This document shows, one piece after another, positions 35,469 to 48,600 of a stretch of DNA of 64,000 nucleotides (position 1 is its first letter; each line of letters starts with the position of its first letter). The notes below the pieces were generated by a model. That model ran no database searches. It saw nothing but the letters and a program-made list of their open reading frames with translations, and was not told where the DNA came from. A program made the position numbers and the translations under genes. Source of the stretch: Enoplolaimus lenunculus (lineage: Eukaryota); NCBI GenBank assembly GCA_030248215.1, contig JASANG010001414.1:682001-746000 (forward strand), given 5' to 3'.

Positions 35469-37524
35469 TTCAATTTGCCATTTTTGAGGATACAAAATTT
35501 TTTAGATAGTATCACGGGAAATTCGTCGCCCGACAAGTCGTTACCTAAAATATTGGCGACTCGACAATTTGTCGTCTATCATTTAAGAATACTGCTGACT
35601 CAAACCTCCGCTATGTTTACGAAACTTTTCTGAACTTTAGGTATTTACGCATATTTTCAGCCGTTTCGACCGCTATTAAGTGATCAATAATTGTTTTCAG
35701 TTCACCCTTTTACAGGGACGTGCCGAAAAGGGTGGCGGGCGGGAATCGGGATTAGTACTTGCGTCATAATTTGCATTAGATTCAAAAATTACGCATGGTT
35801 TCTCGCTCGCTTCGCTAGCAATGTTTTCATTGATGAATTTTCGAATAAATTTTGCCTGCGGCGCTATTCAAGGTAGACATCAATGCCAAATACACCAACT
35901 TGTCCAGATCAAACTAAACATAGTAATAAAGTGCAAAGCTTCACAGTTACGTAAGCTTTAGACCAGGTGGGTCCGGTTAGGTGGTTTAGACCCCGCGCTT
36001 TATTAATAAAGAAATGTTTTGAGACTAATATATACAGAGGGATTCAATACTGAAACAATGTACAGCTTCTCGATCGCTTCATTCGCGAATTCTTCAAAAA
36101 TCAGCTTTAATTCTCACTTCAAACCTTTGATCGCTCTGTTTCAACTCCTAGTGCCTAGAAATATTTTGTATTATACAAGAATTCTTCACAAAGACTTCAA
36201 ACTGAAGTTCTGCACTAGAGAAAAAGACATTAGTGTCTAGCTTTTCATTCGCTTCGCACGCGATATTTTGTTCAAGTCGTACTCACATGGCAAACAATTC
36301 GACCGTATCCAGATATCCAAACTGCCAAATTTTAAGGACCTAATCGAGGACTCTGAAATTGGTCTTGAAGCCAACTAGGCGAGCGTGACCAACCTCATAA
36401 ATCCCACGAAAAATTGAGATCCGTACTGCTAAAAGATTCTAAGTTTGCTTTTGGGCGGAAACCAAAAGCACGTGCCTGACAGGATGCGGCCTTTAATCAA
36501 AATTTTTCGGACGCCACTGCACTTTTAGAGAACAACAACTTTTCAATATTGAAAAGTTTCAAACAAGACATATTTCGTTGATGCTAAATTTAAGTGTGCA
36601 CAAAAAACATATTCTGATATTCAAGAAATATTTTCTTAAATTCAAAACAATTATGTCTTAATCTAGACTTCAAACATATATGTATTGAATGCAAAACACT
36701 GCTTTCTGAAATTTGGCACAAATCTGCGTCTGAAATTTTAGCACTTAGATGTCTTAAATTTAAGAGTGTGTTTCAAAAACGCAAACATGTCTGAAATGTA
36801 AGACAAATATATCTGACATAAAAGACTTGTTTTAACGATTTTAGAGCCATATGTGTGTTAGCAACAAGATTTGCAAGAGAACTAGCCTTCAAAATTGTAA
36901 GTTAACATCCACTAAAATACCTAATTTTAGAAACCTAAGATACGTCCGAGACGGAAACATAGGTTTGCAGAGAATACGCGCAACCGGAAGTATCTTTCAA
37001 ATTCGATAACTTATATCCTCTCTTATAAACGGATCAATTTTTAACGTACATTAAAATCAGAACATAAATTCTTGAATGTACGACAACTATTACTTGAACG
37101 AAAGACATTTGTTTGTTATAAATTGTAAATAGTAATTTCTTGAATACAATAGATTTATGTTTTAATCATTTCAAACACATATTTGTGAGCTGTTTAAGGC
37201 TATCAATGTTTGAAATACCAGACATCAAAGTCTTGAAACTTAAAGAAAGTAGGAGTCTTAAAATTTCAAGACAATTTATTCTTTGTGCAGTAATCCTATA
37301 ACCGCAACGGACATATTCAGCACCCTTTTGACTTAAAACTTTGTCAACAGTATTAAATAATTCTATGCCAAGCAAAACTTGACAAAAAAATGAATTCGTT
37401 CCAAAGGAACCACTGCGCTAAAAACCAGGAGAGGGCTATTCATCAGAACCAAAAATGTATGTTTAAATTTTTTTGCCAAAAGCCTTCCGGAACAAACTTC
37501 TATTCCAAATAGCTTTATTTAGAA

Positions 37525-37712
37525 TAACAAACAAACAAACAAACAAACAAACAGACAAACAAACAAACAAACAAACAAATAAGCAAACAAACAAACCAAC
37601 AGACAAACAAATAAGCAAACAAACAAACAAACAAGGAAGCAAACAAACAAATAAACAAACAGACAAACAGACAAACAAACAAACAGACAAACAAACAAAC
37701 AAACAAACAAAC
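37525..37712. repeat. (AAAC)n tetranucleotide microsatellite
   Basis: about 47 imperfect AAAC/AGAC units. Confidence 0.95.
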
Positions 37713-37879
37713 AGCCTGCCAACAATTTGAGTTATGTTCTCAAACAGAAATCTACATTGAACGCGAACCAAACAGGTTATAGTACAGCACAACCGGCTGT
37801 GTGACCATTTCAATACGCAAAACCTATAAAACGGGTCGGAATACTGTTAACAAAATTATGCTACAAATTGTCGCTAACA

Positions 37880-38562
37880 GGTGATAAAGATTAAATATAT
37901 TTATGCCTCTGGTAAACGTAGTACTGATGCAATGATACTGTAATTAAGTGCAATTATTTGGTTATCCTTTACAGTCTGTTCAAAATCTGCTACGTTTTAA
38001 AAAGGCAATAAATGGTAACCAAATAACTGCATTTAGTTACAGAATCATTGCATCAGTAAAAAGATTTACGAAACCAACCGCTAACTGATGATAGATATAT
38101 ATATTTATGCCTCAGGTAAACATTTTAACTGATGCAATGATTCTGTAATCAGGAATGCAATTATTTGGTTAGCCTTCGTTGTCTTTTGAAAACCTGCTGC
38201 GTTTTAAAAATACACTGTACATTTCAGTGAGTTAATTTTAACTCAGAATGACTTGAATCACTCAGTCTGAGTTAGGACTATCAGATTTCAGAATTTTGAG
38301 TTGATTAAATTCATTCTGAGTTAATTAATCAACTCACCCAGAGTTAACTCAACTCAGAGTGATAATCAACGCAACTCAGAGTGAGTTAATGTTTACTGAT
38401 ATTAACTCAGCAACAACCAACTCGCTAGCTGAATTGATTAATCAACTCATTGAAATTTACAGTGTAACAATGGATGCTAACCAAATAATTACATTTAACT
38501 ACAACATTATTATTGCATCAGTAACCAGTTTCTCAAAACTCATCCGCTAACTGGTGATAGGT
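37880..38562. repeat. Tandem dimer of a ~210-bp palindromic unit; the second unit is interrupted by MITE family C
   Basis: ctgatgcaatga..aattatttggtta / taaccaaataa..tcattgcatcag in both units. Confidence 0.7.
38213..38464 (+). mobile_element. MITE family C
   Basis: close match to 30197-30448; TA flanks. Confidence 0.8.
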
Positions 38563-41500
38563 GCTATTGTAATATTTGACAGTACAAACCGCAGCGTTTC
38601 AATACTTGGCCACCAAACGGTTTGACCCGGTATCGAAAACAACTAATACCAAAAACCATGTAAACCAGTAGTTTTTCAGGTTTATATCTTGTTTATGTAA
38701 AAGTGTGGTTTGACACGACCGTACCAAGATTGTTTTCAAAATGAGAGGTATTAACTCTTAAAACTTCCAAGAAAACTGCTAAGCGTATGAAACATGCCGA
38801 CGGCTTAAGGAAGGGGTTTTTCCGGTACCAAAGGTACAAACCTGGCTTGTGTGATCGTGTAACTTGGTTCATTTCAACAATCATATGCTTCAGCCAACTA
38901 CGTCATTTTTAAGCGCTGTCTGGAAGCCGTCTCTGTTAAAAGTATACTTTCTTTCCTGGGAACACATTTCAGGATTTTGTAACCATTAATATTCAGCCGC
39001 AGGGATTGTCTGTTTGAAAACCAAAATTTAAATAAATGTTGCGGACATTTGGGAATAAATCCTTTGCGGTTTATTGTCTGTTCGACACAGTTTCTTAGCG
39101 GAAAAACCCACTGCAACATTAAAATACGTCCATTGGCTGGTTGCTAGGCACCACTGCACCATTATTCGAGGAACTGAACCGGACCCGTAGCAAAAGGACG
39201 CCAGAGAGTCAGGCCCTTCTGTAACAAAATTTAGCACCCTGGTAAATTCTCAGTTTTGCTCGTAAATCATCGAAAAACCTTGTATGCTCCTCCTAAAAAG
39301 TTTTGCTCACCTATAAGGTGAACTGACTACTAGCTTGAGCCTGAAAATAATGCGGGAATTTCAAATTTACATCTATAATGGATTTTCTTTTAAACATGGT
39401 AATAGGTGCTTTACACATTTGAGAATACAACGCAGCTGGAAGTTGATAATTCATTTTCTGATTGAAAAAAGTCCAGAACAACGGACATACATATGCCGCT
39501 TACATGGACTCCATCCGTTTGAAATCTGCTCAATCTTTTTCTAACAAATCGCAGTTTATAGAAACACAAGTCAAACTGATGCTTTTGGTCTCTTGCGTTC
39601 GGGATAAAAGACTCGCAGTATTTAAAATGAAACCGTTTCAAGGCAATTAATACCCAAAAACTCATTGTATACTTGAAGAAGATATGGCAATTTACAGTGC
39701 CGGAGCAGGCTATGGTGGGGCCACCCCAAAGTTCCGGGTGGAAACCTTTTGCGATGATCAAAATATTTTTGAAATTTTTTGTTTAAAATTTTGTTACGGT
39801 CGCGGGCCGCGCTTTGAAGTGCGCTCTACAAATGGGGGTATGGGGGTGTCTGTTCCCGGTCCTGGTGATTTATGCTGTGGCTGAAAGCGTTTGTTGTGGT
39901 GAAGCTATTGAGTCTTCTAACCCTAGCAACTGGCCAGTGGTTTTTGTTCCAGTAGAGGCACTTAATTCGAGGAAATTACGAGGCTTTTATAAACCAACGG
40001 TTTTTCCTAATATAGAAATGCAAACGTGAACGTTTTTGGGTTCATCTAAACTTAAAGCGTATTGCATTGTATTGTTTCTATGGCGTATGTACAGAACAGC
40101 GCCGTAACAGTAGTATGAGATTATTCCTAAGCCTAAGCCGAAGCCTAAGCCCAAACCTAAGCGTAATAATGATCTTATACCTCAGCTTAAGCCCAATAAA
40201 AAAGTTTGTCTTAAGCTTAAGCCTGCTTTATTGCAGTCCCACAGAAAAACGTTCTACCCCTGAGATCTTTACATGGGCCGCTTCTGTTATGGTGTCGGTG
40301 AGGAGGTATTGTCGTTGGTCATAATTTGCCAATGAGACACAGCACCTGACGCCAAATTTTCAAGTACAAAATTTAGAAAATTTCAGACTTCTGCTCGCTG
40401 TTTCTCGCTTGGCTTCTAAGCAGTTCTCATTTATTACAGCCACGAATCTGGATCATCCACTTTATCTGGCGCCCGCTTTAATCCTGTTGCAACTTTGGTG
40501 AACATTGTTTCTGTTTTTATTACAGGAATTAATAAGACCTTACCAATTTTCGCCTTAAAATGCGTGAATGCGAGGTCCGAATACTCACCGTTGGGCGCCC
40601 CCTCAAGTTCCCATAGTGTTTTCGACCCGCCGTCCAAGTAGCAGCGCGTATACTTTTCTATGGAGGACAAGAAATTTTCTAGTGACGCTCAACTCTCGCG
40701 TTTCTGTTGGTTCATTGGTTCGTAAGTGCTGTTGAAGCTTTACACCTTCACGCATCCTAAAACAGCATACAGAAATTTTAAATATTTATTCTCACGCAAA
40801 AAACAGGAGCGGAACGTTTTTCTGCGGGACTGCAAAAGATTACGTTTAAGCTTAAGACTAATTTCTTGCTTAAGCTTAGGCTTAGGCGGAGGCTCAGGTT
40901 TAGGTGTAACCTCAGTACGATTAGGCTTCGGCTAAGACTTTAAAGCTTGGGACCATGCTTTTTATACATTGGCCAAAATTACTGATTACATGGTGTAGCA
41001 AGTATGAAAGTATTCGTAAGGTTTTCAAATGCCGTGTATTTGCGGTTGGGTTTCCCCTATCTATTTGATTGCATTCGTCGAAGAGAATTTTCGGGAAACA
41101 GGGGTTATTTATATCGACTAATTTTACGCCAAACGTGTAAGATTTGTATTAATGTTTAACTGCCGTATGCAAAAAAGTTTACTCAAACTATGCGTACTTA
41201 ACAATGATTACGCGTATGGGTAGAACAATATCTTCTTAACAAGTGAGGTTCCTCAAAGCAGGGCCGGGGCAGCTAAGGGGGACCACATCTAAGGGGTCCC
41301 ACCCTAACCGGTTAGTCAAAAACCGCCGAAGTTTTAAAATGCGTCTGGTTTTTCGCTCGCCAGTTTTTGGGGTCCCACCCTGGAGGTTGGGGGAGTTCCT
41401 ACCCCTGTCTGTCCGGCACTGCGTCAGAGGAGAGTGTAATTGTGTTATAACCGATACGGGATCCTAAGCGCCTCCACTCGGAGTGTCAGGAGTTCAAATC

Positions 41501-41958
41501 CTAGCTTGAACTTAGATTTCGAACGAAATAAAAAATATATTAAAATTTTTGTTTTAGCAAGTATATTAAAAATAAGGACTTTAGTAAATGAAACTTTGCC
41601 AAAATATAGTCTTATAGCACAAGCTAATTTTTAACTCTTTCTGACATGAATGTTTTCTATTTCGGTTGACGCGTACTTTCAAGGCACAGATCGAATCCTT
41701 GGGTTTCTGGTCAGTTACGTTTTACATTTCAACTCAGCAATTTGAGATTTCATGTACACAGTTTGCGTTTAATTGCTCGTAGTATACTCTAAACTGTGAA
41801 CGCTTGAAAAAATTTAAAATTTAAATTTTAAAGTGTTAACTATTTCAATCTGACACTTTCTGTTCCAATTTTTTCGACATACATGGGACCCTAAAACTTT
41901 CCATTATTTCAGGTGTAGCTAAGTAATTGTTAATTTTCTAAATTTGCTTCAACTAGCA

Positions 41959-42678
41959 ATGATGAATAAAGTGCTCAAATTGCGCAAAACCAGCGCTACT
42001 TCTAGCAGCTCAACCAGCCCGAGTCGTAACGATAAACGCCAACGTGCTTTCGACGACAGCGAAGATCGATGGGCAACTCAAGAACCGAGTCCTCCGCGAC
42101 CTTTCGAATACTTCACCCGACCGACGCCTTCAACAACAACAGCAAACACTCCGCTTGCTACAGCCCCTCCTACTACAGCAACTACAACTTGCACGACTTT
42201 CCCAACAAAATCGCTGACAAGTAGTAGCAGTGGTCGATCTGCGCTGGTTTCTGAACAGTCAAAAAGACCGATGACAGTGACCACAACTGTTGCAACACCT
42301 CAGGCAACAACGGACGCAACATCACGCAAGCCGTCGACAACAATTCCCAACTTGAGGACATCGAAAAATTCACCTGCGGTCTCAGAAGAACAATTCTACC
42401 TGCCGACACGGTATCAACCAAGTGGAATGCGACAAATTGGTGCTACAACAAGCTCAACAGTTGTTGCCTCGTCAACCCGAATGCCAGCGACTAAATCGAT
42501 GCTAAACTCAAGTCGAAAGCTATCGCGTGGAATGTTGAGCTCAATCCGAGGTGTCGGCCACAGTGACACGCAACGACAGCAGCAACAAGCTGAACTGCTC
42601 GCGATGGAAACGGCAGAAATTGTACAGCTGCGCGAACGAATCGCAGAAATTCCTGATCAAGCATCGAGTCCTGTGAAG
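41959..42678 (+). CDS. Probable first coding exon of the degenerin (Ser/Thr/Pro-rich disordered N-terminus)
   Basis: tttcag acceptor at 41912, ATG ATG at 41959, 240 codons, strong AAG|gtaagt donor in phase 0 matching the acceptor at 51722. Confidence 0.6.
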
Positions 42679-45600
42679 GTAAGTGTGGAATATAGTTTTT
42701 GTTTGAGTTTCTAAAAGAAAAAGCCAGCTTTCATCTGATTACTGCAGTGACCCAAATAAGAGGGGTGTAATAAGAGGGCTGTTCATTTTTAATTCATATG
42801 TCAGTAACGAAGGGCGGCGTAGGGCTGGTTAAAAATAAATAGCAGCCCATCATCGAATAACGGGAGGGCGCTACCAGCTGTAGAGCCCAAATAAATATCA
42901 GTCGCCCCGTCTTGTTCGGGTTACAACAGTATGCCGTAAACGTATACAGGCTTAAGTTTTGTTTTGGGTGAAAGTTATTCAAGTTTAACATCGAATCTTT
43001 CGTGGTATCAGCAGATCACGTTTATACTTTGATGTTTGAAAATTGTTTTGGTGAGTTTGTATTTTATTATTTACCGTTCAACTTTTACCGACATACTCAT
43101 TGGTATTTAGTGAGTTTTAAAGTTAATTCTTGCTTAATTTACTTGTACGTAGTACGTTTTTGGCTAAAATTTTCGCAATTACAAAATTTGAACCGTTTTT
43201 CAACTGCGTCAAAAAGTATTAATATTCAGCATACATAAAAACCCATGCATTGTCAACCAACCCTCTTTGCCACACACCCGCAGCCAGCTCACCTTGCTAT
43301 GGGGGAGCTAAAAAAATTTTCAGCATGGGTATTCAAGGGTATCTAATGACTTGCAATCAAGGTTGAATATTTTTCTAGAAGGGCCAAAATTTTTCTAGGG
43401 CGGGGGATGAGACCCCCTTGGGTACGGTCCCCCTTTGCTAGGCAATTGTTACGAGCAGCAAAATTAATAAAGCGACAAGAAAGTGTTTTGCTAGCATAGA
43501 TTTCTTGTTTTAAACCTGCCGATAATATTTTTCAACCAAGCAGTCTAGCAGCCTGAGGATGTTAGTAGATGGGGCTGGCGAAATTTTTTTATCCTGTAGT
43601 TATTGCGCTGCCCCATGTCGTACCTTCCGTAAGTTGCAAACCTTTTGGTTGTCAATTTGGTGTTTTAGATGTATACATAGCACAAATTATTAACATTATT
43701 CACTTTGAAGAGAGTATGCTTACAGAGGCGTTACTTATATTTTGAAAAGAAGGGCCATGTTCTATAAAAATGTGGAATGAGAATTTAAGCCCCAAAATTT
43801 CCAATTAACTACGCCTGTAATTTTAGTCGAAACCTGTTACCTGTATTTATGAGATGTTTGAGTTTGTCATGTCTTGAAAAGTGTTACGTGAATCGGCCAA
43901 CGTTACTTTAAGGGGCGTAACGGTAGATTAAGCGTATTCCTAAGCCTAAGTCTGAGCATTACAAAATGAGCGTATTCCTAAGCATAAGCCTCAGCCTAAG
44001 CGTTACAAAAATGAGTTCCTAAGCCTACACCTAAGCCTCAGCCTACGCCTACGCAAAAAATGTAATCTAGAACCTAAACATACTCTTTTAAAGACTCACA
44101 AGAAATCTGGACATCCCTTAAAGTAACATGGGCCCTTGAAGAATCTATGCTAACCATTGATACCATTTGTTAGCCAAGAATTATAAGCTTTAAAGAATTG
44201 CAGTTAATTTAGCGTATATATGGCATTAATGCAACAGATGGACGAATTCTGACAGTTTTTATACGCAGATTACGCCGGAATGTTTCTAATAAGCGTCAAA
44301 TGCTAACAGTTTGACCGGAGACGTAACACAATAATTTTCTGGATGGTATTTTTATTTCCGGCATACAGTATTCGAAGGTAAAACACTATAGCTATGTAAT
44401 TTCTATTCCGAAATTCAAAAATGAATTTTGACGTGAACTCGATGTAAAACGGTAATGCGTTGAAGTGTAAATTTTAGCGGAGCAAGCATAGCTCGTAGTA
44501 GGATAACATTTCAATCACCAGTGGTTTACCGACAAATTTGGATTAAGGGGACATCCAGTTTTGTGCCTTAGGGTCCCGTTCCCAAACACAAACCTAAGGT
44601 CTTTTAAGCAGTGACAGGTAATTGTGATTTTGTGCTGAGGGACAGTGGTGGTTTGTCTTGCTCTACGAGTTTACTACCGAGTTATCTTTAAGGCCGTCTA
44701 TACTGTTTTGGCTGACTAACTGGACTAGGTTTAATCGTCCACAACGTAAACTCACGTGAACACGACTAAAAATATCACGAGCGAAGCGAGCGAAAAGCTG
44801 GACAGTATTGTCTTTAACTCCTGTACACAACTTCAGTTTGTGAAACCTGGACATTTTAATCAAAACAGAGTGAGAACCTGAAGCATAAGCACCATTTTTC
44901 AACAAACTGGACTCAAAATTTAGTTTTCTAGCGGTCTGGCTGGCGAATTTGGGCCTTACATTTGTCGTCGAATAACGTTGTAGGCAAATTTATTTTCAAA
45001 TTTTAACAGTGAAATACCTCGCAAACGAAGCGAGCTAGAAGCCAGACGTATTTTTAGACATCTCGAGTGAAGTATGACCCACGTACTGATTGTGTTGGGA
45101 CGAGGACGCTGCGGTCTTCCGGTCACTTGTCTCGGTATGCCACGGTCCATCACTGGTGGTAGCATAATCCCAGGGTCCCAGACCCTATGAAATGGCTACG
45201 GTTTCTTATTTTTTCAAGAAATTCCCAAATCCGCCCCTGGATTAGGTCATTTTTTCGTCTTTAACTGCTCCTGAAAGTGCACCTAATGACCTGCAATGCT
45301 TCGGCAACCTTTGTATCATCGCTTTCAAATGTTTCAAACTCAACATATCAGCTATTGATAGACTTGGGGTTTTAGTCTTGCCGCAAGGAACCAAAACATT
45401 AGCTCAAGCGGGTCGTACATTTTATCAGTCAGACGAAACATACCCCCACGATATAAAGGACATTTTCAAGGGCACCATTAGCCGCTGGCTGTTGGCGAAT
45501 TTGATGAGGGGGGGCGCATGATATATTATAACAAACAAAGAGTGCGAGTGAAGTGAACGAGAAGCCAACCGCAATCTCAGCACTAAATTTCAAAAGCAAA

Positions 45601-48600
45601 ATTGTCAGTTTGATCCCAGTTCACGGAGACAATGACTCGAGTGGGCCCCATTTTGGATCCGCCGTTGCGGTTTAATTCGAAAAATGACCGGGTCAACAAA
45701 AAACGACTTAGAAAATAATGACGCTGGGTTGGTTGGGAACCAAACCGTGGCGAAATGTATCCATAAAATTCCCAGGGCATAAATGTGAACAGCGAACAGA
45801 ACATCAAAAAAGCGGCTTGTTTTTGAGCAAGGGAGCAGACACCGCGAGGATAGGGGATATATACACCAGAAATGGTCAAAGATACAACGAGATAAGAATA
45901 TTTAACGAGCTTCAGAATGGTCACACTGGATTCTTTATGTCAAATAATATTTTATTACCCGATTTCAGACAACAGTTAAATGACGTTATATACCCTTTCG
46001 AAACGAAAGCCTGACTGTGCCACTGTTTCTCGGTTGCTTGTGGTGGCTGTTTGCTGCAGACTTAGCTTAAACCCTAAAAACTCGTGCTTTTAGATTGCAG
46101 TGTAATTTTCGAAAGTTTCAGCTCGGAACAACCATATTGGTCGCCGACCGTTCACGCGCCTACAAGTGTATTGGGGGCACATTTGGCAAAAATCACGCAA
46201 CGTTTCTTAGCGGGCCAAAAACCTAAACAGAGCCCACCAAATTTTGATCATCTTTAACCAGTGCTGTCTAAGTTGGTTTGCCCAATATAGTATCAGCGAC
46301 ATGAACTATTTTTATGAAGCAAACATGCATTTTATATCATGATTATATGCAACGCTATCGTTTACATGGATAATTTTTCGGCCGTTATGTCTTATGCGTA
46401 TGTTAGGACTTTGACTGGCCGGCTAGAAGTTAAGTTCTGAGTTGGTCAAAATGTATGAAAAGCAAAGCTTAGATGGCACGGTGTATAAGAGCAGTTTTAA
46501 TACGTGATTTCGGTAGGTTTTCAGAGGATAGTGGTATAATAAAAATCGTCCATGATAGTGTACCTAAAGTTTAAAAAAAATAAACGTATAATATGGTTTA
46601 TAAAGCAAGTTTAGTATGCATGAAATTTTCTAAACCAGAAGCATTCACTTAGTAAGGCGGCAAAATTTGTCACTGCACTCGTTCCCAAAGTATAACTATA
46701 TTACAACAAGGCCCGTAGCTAGCTAACTTTGCTGGGGGCTAAAAATTTTTAAAGAAAGACATAGAAGGGTTTTCGATGACTTACAAGCAAGGTTGAAAGG
46801 TTTCTGTGGGGGGAGGCTTAACCTTTCCAGGGGGTCCCCCCGTGGCCCTCTCTGGCTACAGACCCGATTAGGCACGAAGCTAACAACCGAAACAGAATTA
46901 TCGTTTAAGAGAATTATCGAAAGATGTTTTTGTTTTTAAGTTTTTTGTTTTGACATCCTACCGGTTCTACTTTTTGGAAAACAATTTTGCCAGGGTACAA
47001 CAGAAAATGAAAAATACCCAAACGGACGTCAACGATTTTTGTTTGAAATAGAGACAAATTTACTCGATTTAAATGATATTGATTTTAAATTATTTTTAAG
47101 CTTCTTTTCAATAAATTTCATCACCAAAAAAGCCTAAAACTTCCACAAGGCAACTCTCACTCGACGTCCACAATTGTTATTACGAAACGTTTTATTACTG
47201 GGGCAACAACAAAATTTCAAACCGAATTAAACAAAGCACAGAACTTTTGCTCTTTCAACTATCACTGATTAGCTTAGTTAATAGCGTATGTTTTGTACCT
47301 TAACGGTTAAAGGTTTGACGCGGATAAAACGTGTCAAGTTTTGACCCGCGCGAAACATATCTACGGAACCGGAAACGGACGTCGATTGATCAAAATAACG
47401 GAAACTTTAACTGAAGGGAAAACAGATATTGAAGTATAAAAGTTACAATCTTCTGCTACCACAATTGCGAAATGGAAATATTCACAGCGTTTTGTAAAAT
47501 TTTAAAGAAAAAATAGCGGATGCACCGGAATTTTTTAACCTTTTAGACAGATTTCGAAATTTTTTTACATCATATCGCGTAATTTCAGCATATCTGAAAT
47601 AAAAAATGGCGAGAAATAATACGTGCTTTGAAAATGGAAACGGATATCCGGTTATACCCTTATGTTAGCAGATACAATGCAAAATCGGCATGCTGTATAG
47701 ACCCGAGGGGTCTCCATTTAGAGTCACAATCAATAGGAGTCCGTATCCGTAATAAGAGTTCGTAAGCGGATAGAGTCCCGAAACCCTTATCAGAGTCCAT
47801 AAATGTCAATTATCCCTAATTGTAGCGTATAAATGACTCCAGGACAAAATAATTTGAGTTTGAAACTTTAAAGCTTAGTTAAATTTTTAAAGTACATTCC
47901 TAAACCTTGCATTATCGCTCAAGCTTTTAATGCAAGGTAAAAACGTTTAATTTAACGGATAGTTACAATACCGGATATATATCAGTAAGGAAGGGTGGTG
48001 CAGGACTGGTTCAAAATAAACAACAATCCGTAAACGAATAACAAGGGGGGTACCATCTGGCGAGGCCAAATAAATATCAGTCCCCTGTCTTATTCGGGTC
48101 ACTACAGTACAGGGATATCACGAGGATTTTTATTGATTTGCAAGCCCGAATGTAGAGAGGTAGAAAATTTCTGTGGCTGGTTAAGGGATTGGTAAAGTGG
48201 CCATTTTTTTACAAAAACTGAACCTAATATCAGAGAGCCACGGTCATATTCGACTTTGCCAGACACCAGATGCCAAAAGTGTCCTAAAGCTGGTTGCTTG
48301 CTGTAGATTAGGCCGTGACCTATTGAAACCATGCGCTGACAATCCCGGCGCTCTCTAAGTATTGCGCGCTCAAGTTCGTTAAGAGTCTCGTACAAAGGTC
48401 TCATGGGGTGTTTGTCAAGCCTTGGTGTAAATATCTCTACAATCAAAACCAGTCAAAATATTTGAATTAAAGGATTGTTGATTTTACAAACCCAAAGACA
48501 AATATGAATTCTGGGGCTCCTTAGAATACTGGTTTAGCTTTGCTGCTGGATGCTAAAGTTTTGTACCACGCACCGTTCGAATGATTAAATTAAAGTTGTA

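Noticed and set aside
37463..37813. KQTN- and LFVC-repeat ORFs
   Set aside because: Translations of an (AAAC)n microsatellite with no splice or domain support
26000..41900. A third protein-coding gene in the intergenic region
   Set aside because: No chain of spliceable exons or recognisable domain found by eye; small or non-coding exons (e.g. cag|gtaggt at about 31444) cannot be excluded
45583..46014. Overlapping 98-aa and 113-aa ORFs in the degenerin first intron
   Set aside because: No recognisable domain and no convincing splice sites in phase with the gene
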